A DNA stretch of 60,663 nt, taken from contig JAUYAT010000008.1 in the NCBI GenBank assembly GCA_030693295.1, forward strand, positions 1-60,663, read 5' to 3'. The translations under genes were made by a program, and so were the position numbers. The stretch comes from a bacterium (GTDB lineage: Bacteria > Patescibacteriota > Patescibacteriia > Patescibacteriales > VMTK01). This document shows positions 8,771-16,397 of the stretch, in pieces. The notes below the pieces were generated by a model. That model saw only the letters and a list, made by a program, of their open reading frames with translations. It did no database searches and was not told the origin of the DNA. The first letter of the stretch is position 1, and every line of letters begins with the position of its first letter.

Positions 8771-9003
8771 CCACATTAAAGTTAATAATTATTCCGCTTT
8801 TATTATAACACTTTTTAAATAAAATATAAAAACAGGCAGTCTGTTTGCCTGGGCTAAAAACTTTATCCACCCCGTTAGAAGCAGATCGCCCAGAGGCGAT
8901 CGTAGCCGTGCCTTCAGCAATGCGGCTTCTAACGGGGTCCGCAATTTAGGGCTTGACACAGATTGATAAACTGCTATACTTAAAATGTAGTTACGATGAA
9001 AAG
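8771..9003. repeat. Segmental duplicate copy 1 (carries a 72-nt hairpin insertion)
   Basis: ...ATTAAAGTTAATAATTATTCCGCTTTTATTATAACACTTTTTAAATAAAATATAAAAACAGGCAGTCTGTTTGCCTGGGCTAAAAACTTTATCC...GCTTGACA..TGCTATACTTAAAATGTA matches 9193-9355 apart from the insertion. Confidence 0.8.
8869..8938. mobile_element. ORF-less hairpin element of family P2 (ACCCCGTTAGAAGC...GCTTCTAACGGGGT), MITE-like
   Basis: 14-nt perfect terminal inverted repeats. The paralogous copy at 9283-9292 reads TTTATCCGCA uninterrupted, whereas here TTTATCC[element]CCGCA. Confidence 0.65.
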
Positions 9004-9150
9004 CCCCCTATGAGATTCTGTTCTCATGGGGTTCTTTTCTTTTAGATATACCCTGAATCTCTTGTAATCCAACTTCCAGCCCATTTCTTTGATGGCTAAA
9101 TATAGATTTTGTCCGTCAATAAACGCGTAATTGTTTAAATCCTGTTTCAT
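8980..9150 (-). pseudogene. Truncated NYN-domain gene copy (56-codon remnant)
   Basis: MKQDLNNYAFIDGQNLYLAIKEMGWKLDYKRFRVYLKEK matches the first ~38 aa of 9359..9874. It then diverges into a hairpin (CCCCATGAGAACAGAATCTCATAGGGGG) and stops. Confidence 0.6.
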
Positions 9151-9192
9151 AATTCTATTTACATTCAGATTAAATTATTTTTTAACATTTTT

Positions 9193-9355
9193 CGCATTAA
9201 AGTTAAAAATTATTCTGCTTTTATTATAACACTTTTTAAATAAAATATAAAAACAGGCAGTTTGTTTGCCTGGGCTAAAAATTTTATCCGCATTTTGGCG
9301 CTTGACATTGTTTTTGATTTTGCTATACTTATAATGTATCTATTACGAAACGTAC
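9193..9355. repeat. Segmental duplicate copy 2 (no insertion)
   Basis: See 8771-9003. Shares the module ending GCTTGACA-N16-TATACT. Confidence 0.8.
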
Positions 9356-9358
9356 TGC

Positions 9359-9874
9359 TTAAGGTTCTGTCCTTAGGTGGTGCGTTTTTTTATATTCTAA
9401 TCTTCCCCGCAACTCATTCATAAACTGTATTCTTTCTCTGGCTGTGTGTGTAAGTAAACTTGAACAAAAATTTTTATCTGGACTTAAAACAACTTCTAAT
9501 TTTTTATTTTCATACAAATATTCAACAAGAGAATAGAAATCTCCGTCATTAGATACAACAACAGCTTTGTTATATTCACTCATTTCAATGACGGCTCGCA
9601 AAACCAAATCAGCATCTATATTACCTTTAATTTTGCCATTTAAATCTGGAATTGTCGGTTTAAACTTAAGAATAAATCCTGCTTCCTGCAAACAATCATA
9701 TAATCCTTGATTAAGAGACACAAACCCAATAAACATATAGGCCTTGCTCACCCCATACTTTTCCTTAAGATAAATACGAAAACGGGCATAGTCCAATTTC
9801 CAACCCAAAATCTGAATACCCAGATTCAGATTTTGGCTATCTATAAACGCAAAATTATTTTCTTTTGAAATCAT
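9359..9874 (-). CDS. NYN-domain (LabA/DUF88-like) putative RNase
   Basis: ORF-track 9359..9943; the likely start is MISKENNFAFIDSQNLNLG at 9874. Followed by ...VVVSNDGDFYSLVEYL. Confidence 0.6.
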   Translation of the reverse strand: MISKENNFAFIDSQNLNLGIQILGWKLDYARFRIYLKEKYGVSKAYMFIGFVSLNQGLYDCLQEAGFILKFKPTIPDLNGKIKGNIDADLVLRAVIEMSEYNKAVVVSNDGDFYSLVEYLYENKKLEVVLSPDKNFCSSLLTHTARERIQFMNELRGRLEYKKTHHLRTEP

Positions 9875-9997
9875 ATTTTTATTAATTCGCCGCCAGCGCT
9901 TTTTGAACTTTCGGCGGGAAATTCCAAACCTGCGGAAAACCACTGAATATCCATGCAGTGATTAATAAAAATATAACTGTAATTTTTATTGATTTTC

Positions 9998-10276
9998 TCA
10001 TATTTTGTCTGCGGCCAGCCCCGTTAGAGAAAGGAAGCGTTTCAAACGATTTTTAAGATAGCGCTTGCCGGGACCGGATTTTAAATACCTTTCTCTCGCA
10101 AAAGCATCGCTTTCGTTTTTACAAGCTTCATAATAAATTAATTCAAAAGGACCTCTGCATTTTGTGGCTATAACCTCACTATTATTGTGTTGTTTGAAAC
10201 GCTTCCGTAAATCATTAGTACATCCGGTATACCATCTATCATCCTTTTTGCTTTGTATTACATAAGTATAAAACAT
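9998..10276 (-). CDS. GIY-YIG nuclease family protein
   Basis: 92 aa: MFYTYVIQSKKDDRWYTGCTNDLRKRFKQHN...RERYLKSGPGKRYLK. Confidence 0.75.
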   Translation of the reverse strand: MFYTYVIQSKKDDRWYTGCTNDLRKRFKQHNNSEVIATKCRGPFELIYYEACKNESDAFARERYLKSGPGKRYLKNRLKRFLSLTGLAADKI

Positions 10277-10294
10277 AGTTTTTCTCTAACGGGG
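10019..10294. mobile_element. GIY-YIG gene bounded by P2-family terminal inverted repeats (candidate autonomous element)
   Basis: CCCCGTTAGAGAAA at 10019-10032 and TTTCTCTAACGGGG at 10281-10294 form a perfect 14-nt inverted repeat. CCAG sits directly outside both ends (10015-10018 and 10295-10298). Confidence 0.55.
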
Positions 10295-10347
10295 CCAGCC
10301 GCTAAAAATCCAGCCCGCTGTCATTGAAAAAATCAGCGACATTATTA

Positions 10348-10414
10348 ACCCCGTTAGAAATATGCCTCTTTTTGATGATTTTGCCATAGTTAGATGTTTA
10401 TTTTCTAACGGGGT
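10348..10414. mobile_element. ORF-less P2-family hairpin element
   Basis: ACCCCGTTAGAAA...TTTCTAACGGGGT, 67 nt, 54 nt from the GIY-YIG-containing copy. Confidence 0.6.
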
Positions 10415-10452
10415 AAAATTATTTTTTAACATTTTTCCCGTTAAAGTTAAAA

Positions 10453-11067
10453 TTATTCAAGGCTGAATTTTATCAGCGCTTTTTTAACCTTTGCGTCGCT
10501 AACTGCAAAACCGGGCGAAAATTCAACTTCTTCTTGATAATCAATGTCTTTAAAGTAAGCCAATTGCTCCCGAAAAATTCTTTCGTTAAACTCATTTTTA
10601 AAAATATCCTTGGATCTTGCGACTATTTTTTTTATAGAATGATATTTATTGATTATAAAATACAAATCAACATAATCTTTCCATTTTGCCCGCCTGCCCA
10701 AAGCGTAAGCTTTCATCGCCGCCAATGTCAACAAATCCGGCATTCTTAAAGTTTTTTCAAAATGCTTTGAAAATTCAATTTTAAACGGGTAATGAAAAAA
10801 AGTGAATTGCACCTTATTCACAAAGAAAGTGAACTGCCCGGCCTCGTCTTTATATACTTTGCCGATCTTATAGCCGCTTTTTATTATCAGCTTCCTGATC
10901 TTGCCGTTATTAAAATCCCTGTTGGAAAACAAATCAAAATCAATTGACCGCCTATGGCCGATCTGCAAAGCGATGGCGGTTCCGCCGACTAAACCAAAAT
11001 CTTTAATAAATTTTTTCACCAGCGGCAATAATTCAGCTTGTTCTTTTGTTAATACTTCTTGGCGCAT
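10453..11067 (-). CDS. Nucleotidyltransferase, AbiEii/AbiGii toxin family-like
   Basis: Likely start MRQEVLTKEQ at 11067. FGLVGGTAIALQIGHRRSIDFDLFS is the family's N-terminal NTase motif. Confidence 0.65.
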   Translation of the reverse strand: MRQEVLTKEQAELLPLVKKFIKDFGLVGGTAIALQIGHRRSIDFDLFSNRDFNNGKIRKLIIKSGYKIGKVYKDEAGQFTFFVNKVQFTFFHYPFKIEFSKHFEKTLRMPDLLTLAAMKAYALGRRAKWKDYVDLYFIINKYHSIKKIVARSKDIFKNEFNERIFREQLAYFKDIDYQEEVEFSPGFAVSDAKVKKALIKFSLE

Positions 11068-11323
11068 ACTTATTAAAATAAAGAGTAAAAAAATGTTTTG
11101 TTTTTTCAATATAATTCTGCCTGCCGATTTCAGACGGTTTTGATTTGGCGCGGAAAATTTTCGCGGTTTTTTTCATTCCCAAAATTTTAATCATTTCCTG
11201 CACGTCGTCCCAATCGCCGTAATTTAAAACATGCTCCACGATTGATTCTTCGGAGAGCTTGTCCAAATTTTTTACGTACCAAATCAAATACGGCCTTTTT
11301 TTTATGAATTCATGGATGGTCAT
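11033..11323 (-). CDS. Small upstream partner of the AbiEii-like NTase (putative antitoxin)
   Basis: 96 aa. Its 3' end overlaps the NTase gene by 35 nt, which suggests translational coupling. No motif recognised. Confidence 0.4.
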   Translation of the reverse strand: MTIHEFIKKRPYLIWYVKNLDKLSEESIVEHVLNYGDWDDVQEMIKILGMKKTAKIFRAKSKPSEIGRQNYIEKTKHFFTLYFNKYAPRSINKRTS

Positions 11324-11343
11324 ACGTTAATTATACTAAAAAT

Positions 11344-14112
11344 TTACGGTAAAATCAACTGCCCTTTTAATTTCGCGAGCTCCTCTTGCCATAATTTCAG
11401 CTTGTCTTTTTCTTGCTTTACAATCCGCGCCGGCGCTTTTTTAATAAACTCTTTATCGGCTAATTTTTTTTCAGTATTAACAATTAATTTTTCTAAATTC
11501 TCACGTTCTTTTTTTATTCTAATTTTTTCTTTTTCTTCATCAACGGCGCCGATTAGATAAATTTCAATATCGGCAACAGCAATATAAATAGCGTCTTTAT
11601 GAACAGGACATTGTCCTGTTCCTACAATATTTAATTCCTTAATTCCTGTTCGCAGATTTTTAATTAAATGCTCCTGGGATTTGATTAATTTAGCATTCTT
11701 TCCTCCGTAAATTACCGCCTTGATTTTCCGCGCCGGCTCAATTTTGTTTTCCGCCCGCGCGTTGCGGATGGCGATGATAATATTTTTAATCAACTCAAAA
11801 TTACCTGAGGGCTTGCCCGCCGTAGCCTTGGCGAAGGCGGGCCATTTTTCAACCATTAATAAACTATCCTTATCCATCTCGCGCCATATCGCTTCCGTCA
11901 CGAACGGCATAAACGGATGCCAAAGCTTTAACAAGTTTTCCAAAACCATTAATAACACTTGCTGTTTCGCTTCGCTTTTTTCAAACTTGCTCGCTTCCAA
12001 ATGCCAATCAGCAAAATCGCTCCAGGTAAATTCCCGCAATTTTTCTCCGGCCTGCGAAAACCTGTAATTACCCAAATCTTCCGAAACATCTTTTATTAAA
12101 TTTTGCAATTTCTCCAATATCCACTCATCGGCAAGCGTTAAATTTTGAATTTTGAATTGCAACTTTGAACTTTGCCTGCCCCGCTGTGCGTTGCGCGGCC
12201 GGGGAACTTTGAACTTTGAACTTTGTAAAACATATCGCGCGATATTCCAAAGCTTATTGGTAAAATTCCTGAAGCCGGCTATTTTTTCCTCGCTTAACCG
12301 CAAATCATTTCCCGGAGTATTTCCGATTACCAAAGACAAGCGAACGGCATCCGTGCCGAATTTCTCAATCACATCAAGCGGATCAATGCCGTTGCCTTTT
12401 GACTTGCTCATTTTCTTGCCATACTTGTCCAAAACCATTCCGTGCAAATAAACATTTTCAAAAGGTATTTCCCGCAAAGCGAATAAAGACATCATTATCA
12501 TGCGCGAAACCCAGAGCGTAAGAATCTCATACCCCGTTTCCAAAACTTGCGTTGGATAAAAACGCGCCAAATCCCCTGACTTTTTTCCATTTTTAAATGT
12601 ATCCGGCCAGCCCAATGTGGAAAAAGTCCACATCCCGGAAGAAAACCAAGTGTCTAATGTATCTTCATCCTGCGCCCACCCTTCTCCTTCCGGCGGTTCA
12701 ACGCCCACATAAATTTCCTGATTTTCTAAATTATTTATTTTATCTTCAACTTTTAACTTTTCACTTTTAACTTTTAACTTATTTCTGTACCATACCGGTA
12801 TCCGATGCCCGAACCAAATCTGCCTGCTAATACACCAATCATGCAAATTTTCCATCCAGTCCAAATATCTTTTTTCAAACTTTTCCGGAATAAATTTAAT
12901 TTCTTTGTTTTTAGCCGCTTCAATCGCTTTTTCTTTTAATGATTTTCCGTTAAACCGCTTTAATTTTTTATTAACATTTACAAACCACTGTTTTGACGGC
13001 AACGGCTCTATGGGAGTATTGCACCTGTAGCAAACAGACAAATTATTTTCTATCTCTTCCTCTTTTTCCAGCAGATTATTTTTTCTTAATTTTTCAATAA
13101 TCATATCCCGCGCTTGTTCAACCGTCTTGCCTGAATATTCTAAAAAATTATTGTTAATTTTTCCATCCTCGCCGATAACTTTTATAATTTCCAAATCATT
13201 CGCTTCCGCCATCTGCCAGTCAGCCATAGAATGCGCCGGAGTAACGCCCAATGCGCCTGTTCCAAAATCCATTTCAACATGCCGATCCGCTATAATTTTC
13301 AGTTTTAATTTTATCCCGACAAAATCCACTTCATAAATCTTGCCAATATATTTTTTGTATCTTTTGTCTTTTGGATTAACCGCCACTGCCGTATCGCCAA
13401 GCTTGGTTTCCGGCCGCGTTGTGGCGATAGCGAAAGGAAAATCATAGCTATATTTGAAAGTGTATAATTTCGCTTTTTGATCCTTGTATTCCACTTCGTC
13501 GTCAGCCAATGTTGAATGGCATCGCGGGCACCAATTAACAACTCGCTCTCCCCTATAAATTACTCCTGCTTCATACATATCAACAAACATTTTTTTAACC
13601 GCTTTTTCTCTTGGCTCATCCAATGTAAACGCTTCGCGCGACCAATCCAAAGAAGCTCCCATTTTTCTTGTTTGGCGCAAAATAATGGATTGCGTCTCTT
13701 TTAAAAATTCCCAAACTCGCTCAAGAAATTTTTCCCTGCCTAAATCATGCCGTGTTTTACCTTCTTCTTTTAATAATTTTTTTTCAACAACATTCTGCGT
13801 GGCAATAGCCGCGTGGTCCGTTCCGGGAAGCCAAAGCGCGCGATATCCTTTCATCCTGTGATAGCGAATCAACAAATCTTCTATGGCAAGCATTGAAGAA
13901 TGCCCCAGATGCAATTTGTCGGTAATGTTTGGCGGCGGTAAAACAATAGTATAGCTTGGCGCGTTTTCAGGCAAATCCAAATTATCCGGATTAAAAAAAC
14001 CGGATTTCTCCCACTTTTTATATATACCATCCTCATATTGAGATGGATCGTACGCTTTTGGCAATTCTTGCTTCATATTTACAACATTACCAAAATTAGC
14101 CATATTTGACAA
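11344..14112 (-). CDS. valS: Valine--tRNA ligase
   Basis: 922 aa with PPPNITDKLHLGHS (HIGH-type) and KMSKSKGN motifs and a C-terminal coiled coil. An alternative start, MKQELPKAYDP, is at 14076. Contains repeat insertions (see repeats). Confidence 0.9.
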   Translation of the reverse strand: MSNMANFGNVVNMKQELPKAYDPSQYEDGIYKKWEKSGFFNPDNLDLPENAPSYTIVLPPPNITDKLHLGHSSMLAIEDLLIRYHRMKGYRALWLPGTDHAAIATQNVVEKKLLKEEGKTRHDLGREKFLERVWEFLKETQSIILRQTRKMGASLDWSREAFTLDEPREKAVKKMFVDMYEAGVIYRGERVVNWCPRCHSTLADDEVEYKDQKAKLYTFKYSYDFPFAIATTRPETKLGDTAVAVNPKDKRYKKYIGKIYEVDFVGIKLKLKIIADRHVEMDFGTGALGVTPAHSMADWQMAEANDLEIIKVIGEDGKINNNFLEYSGKTVEQARDMIIEKLRKNNLLEKEEEIENNLSVCYRCNTPIEPLPSKQWFVNVNKKLKRFNGKSLKEKAIEAAKNKEIKFIPEKFEKRYLDWMENLHDWCISRQIWFGHRIPVWYRNKLKVKSEKLKVEDKINNLENQEIYVGVEPPEGEGWAQDEDTLDTWFSSGMWTFSTLGWPDTFKNGKKSGDLARFYPTQVLETGYEILTLWVSRMIMMSLFALREIPFENVYLHGMVLDKYGKKMSKSKGNGIDPLDVIEKFGTDAVRLSLVIGNTPGNDLRLSEEKIAGFRNFTNKLWNIARYVLQSSKFKVPRPRNAQRGRQSSKLQFKIQNLTLADEWILEKLQNLIKDVSEDLGNYRFSQAGEKLREFTWSDFADWHLEASKFEKSEAKQQVLLMVLENLLKLWHPFMPFVTEAIWREMDKDSLLMVEKWPAFAKATAGKPSGNFELIKNIIIAIRNARAENKIEPARKIKAVIYGGKNAKLIKSQEHLIKNLRTGIKELNIVGTGQCPVHKDAIYIAVADIEIYLIGAVDEEKEKIRIKKERENLEKLIVNTEKKLADKEFIKKAPARIVKQEKDKLKLWQEELAKLKGQLILP
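11815..11842. repeat. GC-rich hairpin inside valS (GCCCGCC-N14-GGCGGGC)
   Basis: GCCCGCCGTAGCCTTGGCGAAGGCGGGC encodes ...AFAKATAGKP.... A related, longer copy lies in the endoQ-like gene at 22084-22173. Confidence 0.7.
12141..12226. repeat. Family H hairpin with heptamer flanks inside valS
   Basis: (AATTTTG)2..(AACTTTG)2-CCTGCCCCGCTGTGCGTTGCGCGGCCGGGG-(AACTTTG)3, with the core at 12173-12204. Translated as KFKVPRPRNAQRGRQSSKLQFKIQN. Confidence 0.85.
12748..12782. repeat. Heptamer tandem array (AACTTTT x5) inside valS
   Basis: AACTTTTAACTTTTCACTTTTAACTTTTAACTTAT, translated as KLKVKSEKLKVED. Confidence 0.85.
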
Positions 14113-14161
14113 GCTGAAAAATATAAGATATATTAGAATACTAATTCAAATTACATTCTTT

Positions 14162-15316
14162 ATGTTAACCCAGGAACAGCAAATTTTTGAACAAATCAAA
14201 AAAGCCAATAACATATTAATCACTTTCCGCAAAACATGGAACGGCGATTCCGTGGCATCCGGCTTGGCTATGTTTTTATTTTTAAAAAAATTGGGCAAAG
14301 AAGTTAACATTGCCGCGGAAAAATTCGACTCGGGCAAGCTGTTTTCTTTTTTGCCCGCGTATAATGAAATAAAAAACTCCATAGATAACCTGCGCAAATT
14401 TATTATTTCTCTGGATATCACCAACACTAAAGTTGACCAGATAAAATACAAAATGGAAGACAACACTCTGAATTTCATCATTTCGCCCAAAGACGGCTTA
14501 TTCACCGAGGATGACATTTCTTCGCGCTCAAGCGGCTTTAAATACGATTTGATCATCGCGCTTGATACGGCTGATTTGGAATCTTTGGGGCAAATTTATG
14601 ACAACGACACCGAGTTTTTCTATAAAACCCCCATTATCAACATTGACCACCATTCCGAAAACGAAGAATTCGGCCAGATTAATTTTATTGAGCTTACCGC
14701 CGTGGCAACCGGCGAAATTTTATTTTCGCTTTTTGAAAGCTATTCCCGCGACTTGATTGACGAAGATGTCGCCACCTGCCTTTTGGCCGGAATGATTTCC
14801 AAAACCAGAAGCTTTAAAACTCCGAACGTAACCCCGAAGGCGCTGCTGACCGCCTCTCAGCTGATTTCAATGGGAGCGCGCCGCGAAGAAATCGTTAATC
14901 ATCTCTACCGCTCGCGGCCGATTAATGTCTTAAAGCTTTGGGGAAGAGTATTGGCGCGTCTGTCCAGCTCCCAGGACGGCAAACTGGTTTGGTCAACCTT
15001 GACTAACATGGATTTCGCCAAAACCGAATCGTGTGAAAAAGATTTGGACGATGTGATTGACGAATTGATTATCAATATTCCGCAGGCCAAAATCGTTGTT
15101 ATAATTTATGAAAAAACAGGCGCGGAAGCAACGGAACCGATAACCAATATTTTGGCGTATTCCGTGAAAAATATCAACTCGCTTAATTTAATAAAAGAAT
15201 ACAATCCGCAAGGGACGAAAGATTTGGCGCTGGCTTCAATCAACAAGCCGATACAGGAAGCGGAAAAGGAAATATTGAAATTAATAGAAGAAAAATTAAG
15301 CAAGCTGCCGATATAG
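14162..15316 (+). CDS. DHH/DHHA1 phosphoesterase (NrnA-like)
   Basis: 384 aa with NIDHHSENEEFG (DHH motif) and an N-terminal ...NGDSVASGLAM motif. Confidence 0.7.
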   Translation: MLTQEQQIFEQIKKANNILITFRKTWNGDSVASGLAMFLFLKKLGKEVNIAAEKFDSGKLFSFLPAYNEIKNSIDNLRKFIISLDITNTKVDQIKYKMEDNTLNFIISPKDGLFTEDDISSRSSGFKYDLIIALDTADLESLGQIYDNDTEFFYKTPIINIDHHSENEEFGQINFIELTAVATGEILFSLFESYSRDLIDEDVATCLLAGMISKTRSFKTPNVTPKALLTASQLISMGARREEIVNHLYRSRPINVLKLWGRVLARLSSSQDGKLVWSTLTNMDFAKTESCEKDLDDVIDELIINIPQAKIVVIIYEKTGAEATEPITNILAYSVKNINSLNLIKEYNPQGTKDLALASINKPIQEAEKEILKLIEEKLSKLPI

Positions 15317-15357
15317 CGGAGCTTGAAAAAAAATAAATTTAGTGGTAAGTTTTAATA

Positions 15358-15384
15358 AAGGATGAGATTATCCTTTTTATTTTT
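15358..15384 (+). terminator. Weak intrinsic terminator after the DHH gene
   Basis: AAGGAT-gagatt-ATCCTT followed by TTTATTTTT. Confidence 0.4.
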
Positions 15385-15390
15385 AACTTC

Positions 15391-15464
15391 GGGCGCATAG
15401 CTCAGCTGGTTAGAGCACGGCTCTTATAAAGCCGGGGTCGATGGTTCGAGTCCATCTGCGCCCA
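15391..15464 (+). tRNA. tRNA-Ile, anticodon UAU
   Basis: Hand-folded cloverleaf: GGGCGCA TA GCTC AGCTGGTTA GAGC A CGGCT CTTATAA AGCCG GGGTC GATGG TTCGAGT CCATC TGCGCCC A. The anticodon loop CT-TAT-AA gives TAT. Confidence 0.8.
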
Positions 15465-15477
15465 CTAAAAAATTCAT

Positions 15478-15506
15478 TTGACATGAATTTATAAAAAATA
15501 TATAAT
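15478..15506 (+). promoter_or_regulatory. Consensus sigma70-type promoter
   Basis: TTGACA (15478-15483), exactly 17 nt, then TATAAT (15501-15506). It lies 27 nt upstream of the 15533 ORF. Confidence 0.7.
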
Positions 15507-15532
15507 TAAAGCATAAAGATAAAATAACTAAA

Positions 15533-15757
15533 ATGTTATTTATGAGTATGGACAAAGAACCGACAAATTACGAAATATTGGAAGCCGTTAATAAATTTGC
15601 GACTCATACCGAAGAGCAATTTCAGGAAATCAAATCGGAAATTGGCGGCATGAAATCGGAAATTGGCAGTATAAAAGCTTTAATGGTAACTAAAGATTAT
15701 TTGGATGAAAAAATATTCACGATGCGCGGCGATATAATCGCGGTGATAAAACAATAA
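15533..15757 (+). CDS. Small coiled-coil protein, function unknown
   Basis: 74 aa with the internal duplication EIKSEIGGMKSEIGSIK. Promoter upstream and terminator downstream. Confidence 0.5.
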   Translation: MLFMSMDKEPTNYEILEAVNKFATHTEEQFQEIKSEIGGMKSEIGSIKALMVTKDYLDEKIFTMRGDIIAVIKQ

Positions 15758-15870
15758 AAACTTCCGCATCAACCACTTGATAAAAATATTATACAAAAAC
15801 GGCGCGCTGAATAAAGATGAAGCTGAAAAGCTGGTTGCGATACAATAAACTTTATCGCGATACAAAAAAA

Positions 15871-15896
15871 CAATCCACCCGAGGCGGATTGTTTTT
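15871..15896 (+). terminator. Intrinsic terminator
   Basis: CAATCCACC-cga-GGCGGATTG followed by TTTTT. Confidence 0.65.
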
Positions 15897-16052
15897 ATTT
15901 TTTATTATTAATTGTCCACTCTAATTTTAAAACTTTCTTTAGCTTGAATCCGCAAATCGCTTTGCGAACTTAAGAAAAGAGAGGATGGTTTTTTTGTTGA
16001 ACCGTTAGCAGAAAGCCCATCCTCTCAAAACTTTACTTTCTGCTTAGAGAGA

Positions 16053-16268
16053 TCAAATGTGATGACCACATTCCTGGCATTCCATTTCTTGCCAAGATTT
16101 TTGCGACAAGAAATTACTGCAATTGTCGCAAAAATCAGCTCCCTTTTGCATCATGGCATAATGTGCCATGATGTCGCCCGAATATTGATTGCCATAGCAA
16201 TCAATTGCAATTGGAGTATTCGGGTGCTCCATTGCCAGCTTATTCATTACATCTGTTATTTTTTTCAT
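16053..16268 (-). CDS. Small zinc-ribbon-like protein (two CxxC pairs)
   Basis: 71 aa with CDNC...CQECGHHI. Strong SD (GGAGGAGAGGAGAG) directly upstream. Confidence 0.55.
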   Translation of the reverse strand: MKKITDVMNKLAMEHPNTPIAIDCYGNQYSGDIMAHYAMMQKGADFCDNCSNFLSQKSWQEMECQECGHHI

Positions 16269-16397
16269 CTCTCCTCTCCTCCTCGCCCCGTGGGGCTTTC
16301 TTATTTTTTTTATTTGACTGCCAATTGAATTTCCAAAACAGCGGAAACTTAATAGGTAGCCAAATTGCTATCTTTCAAATTTTAATTTCAAAGAACA

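Noticed and set aside
12748-12782. Possibility that the heptamer or short tandem arrays are CRISPR arrays
   Set aside because: The units are only 7-9 nt long and directly tandem with no spacers. Many lie inside coding sequences, and no cas genes are present.
14146-14556. 136-aa minus-strand ORF overlapping the 5' part of the DHH/NrnA-like gene
   Set aside because: It is antisense to a motif-supported gene, has low-complexity sequence and no RBS.
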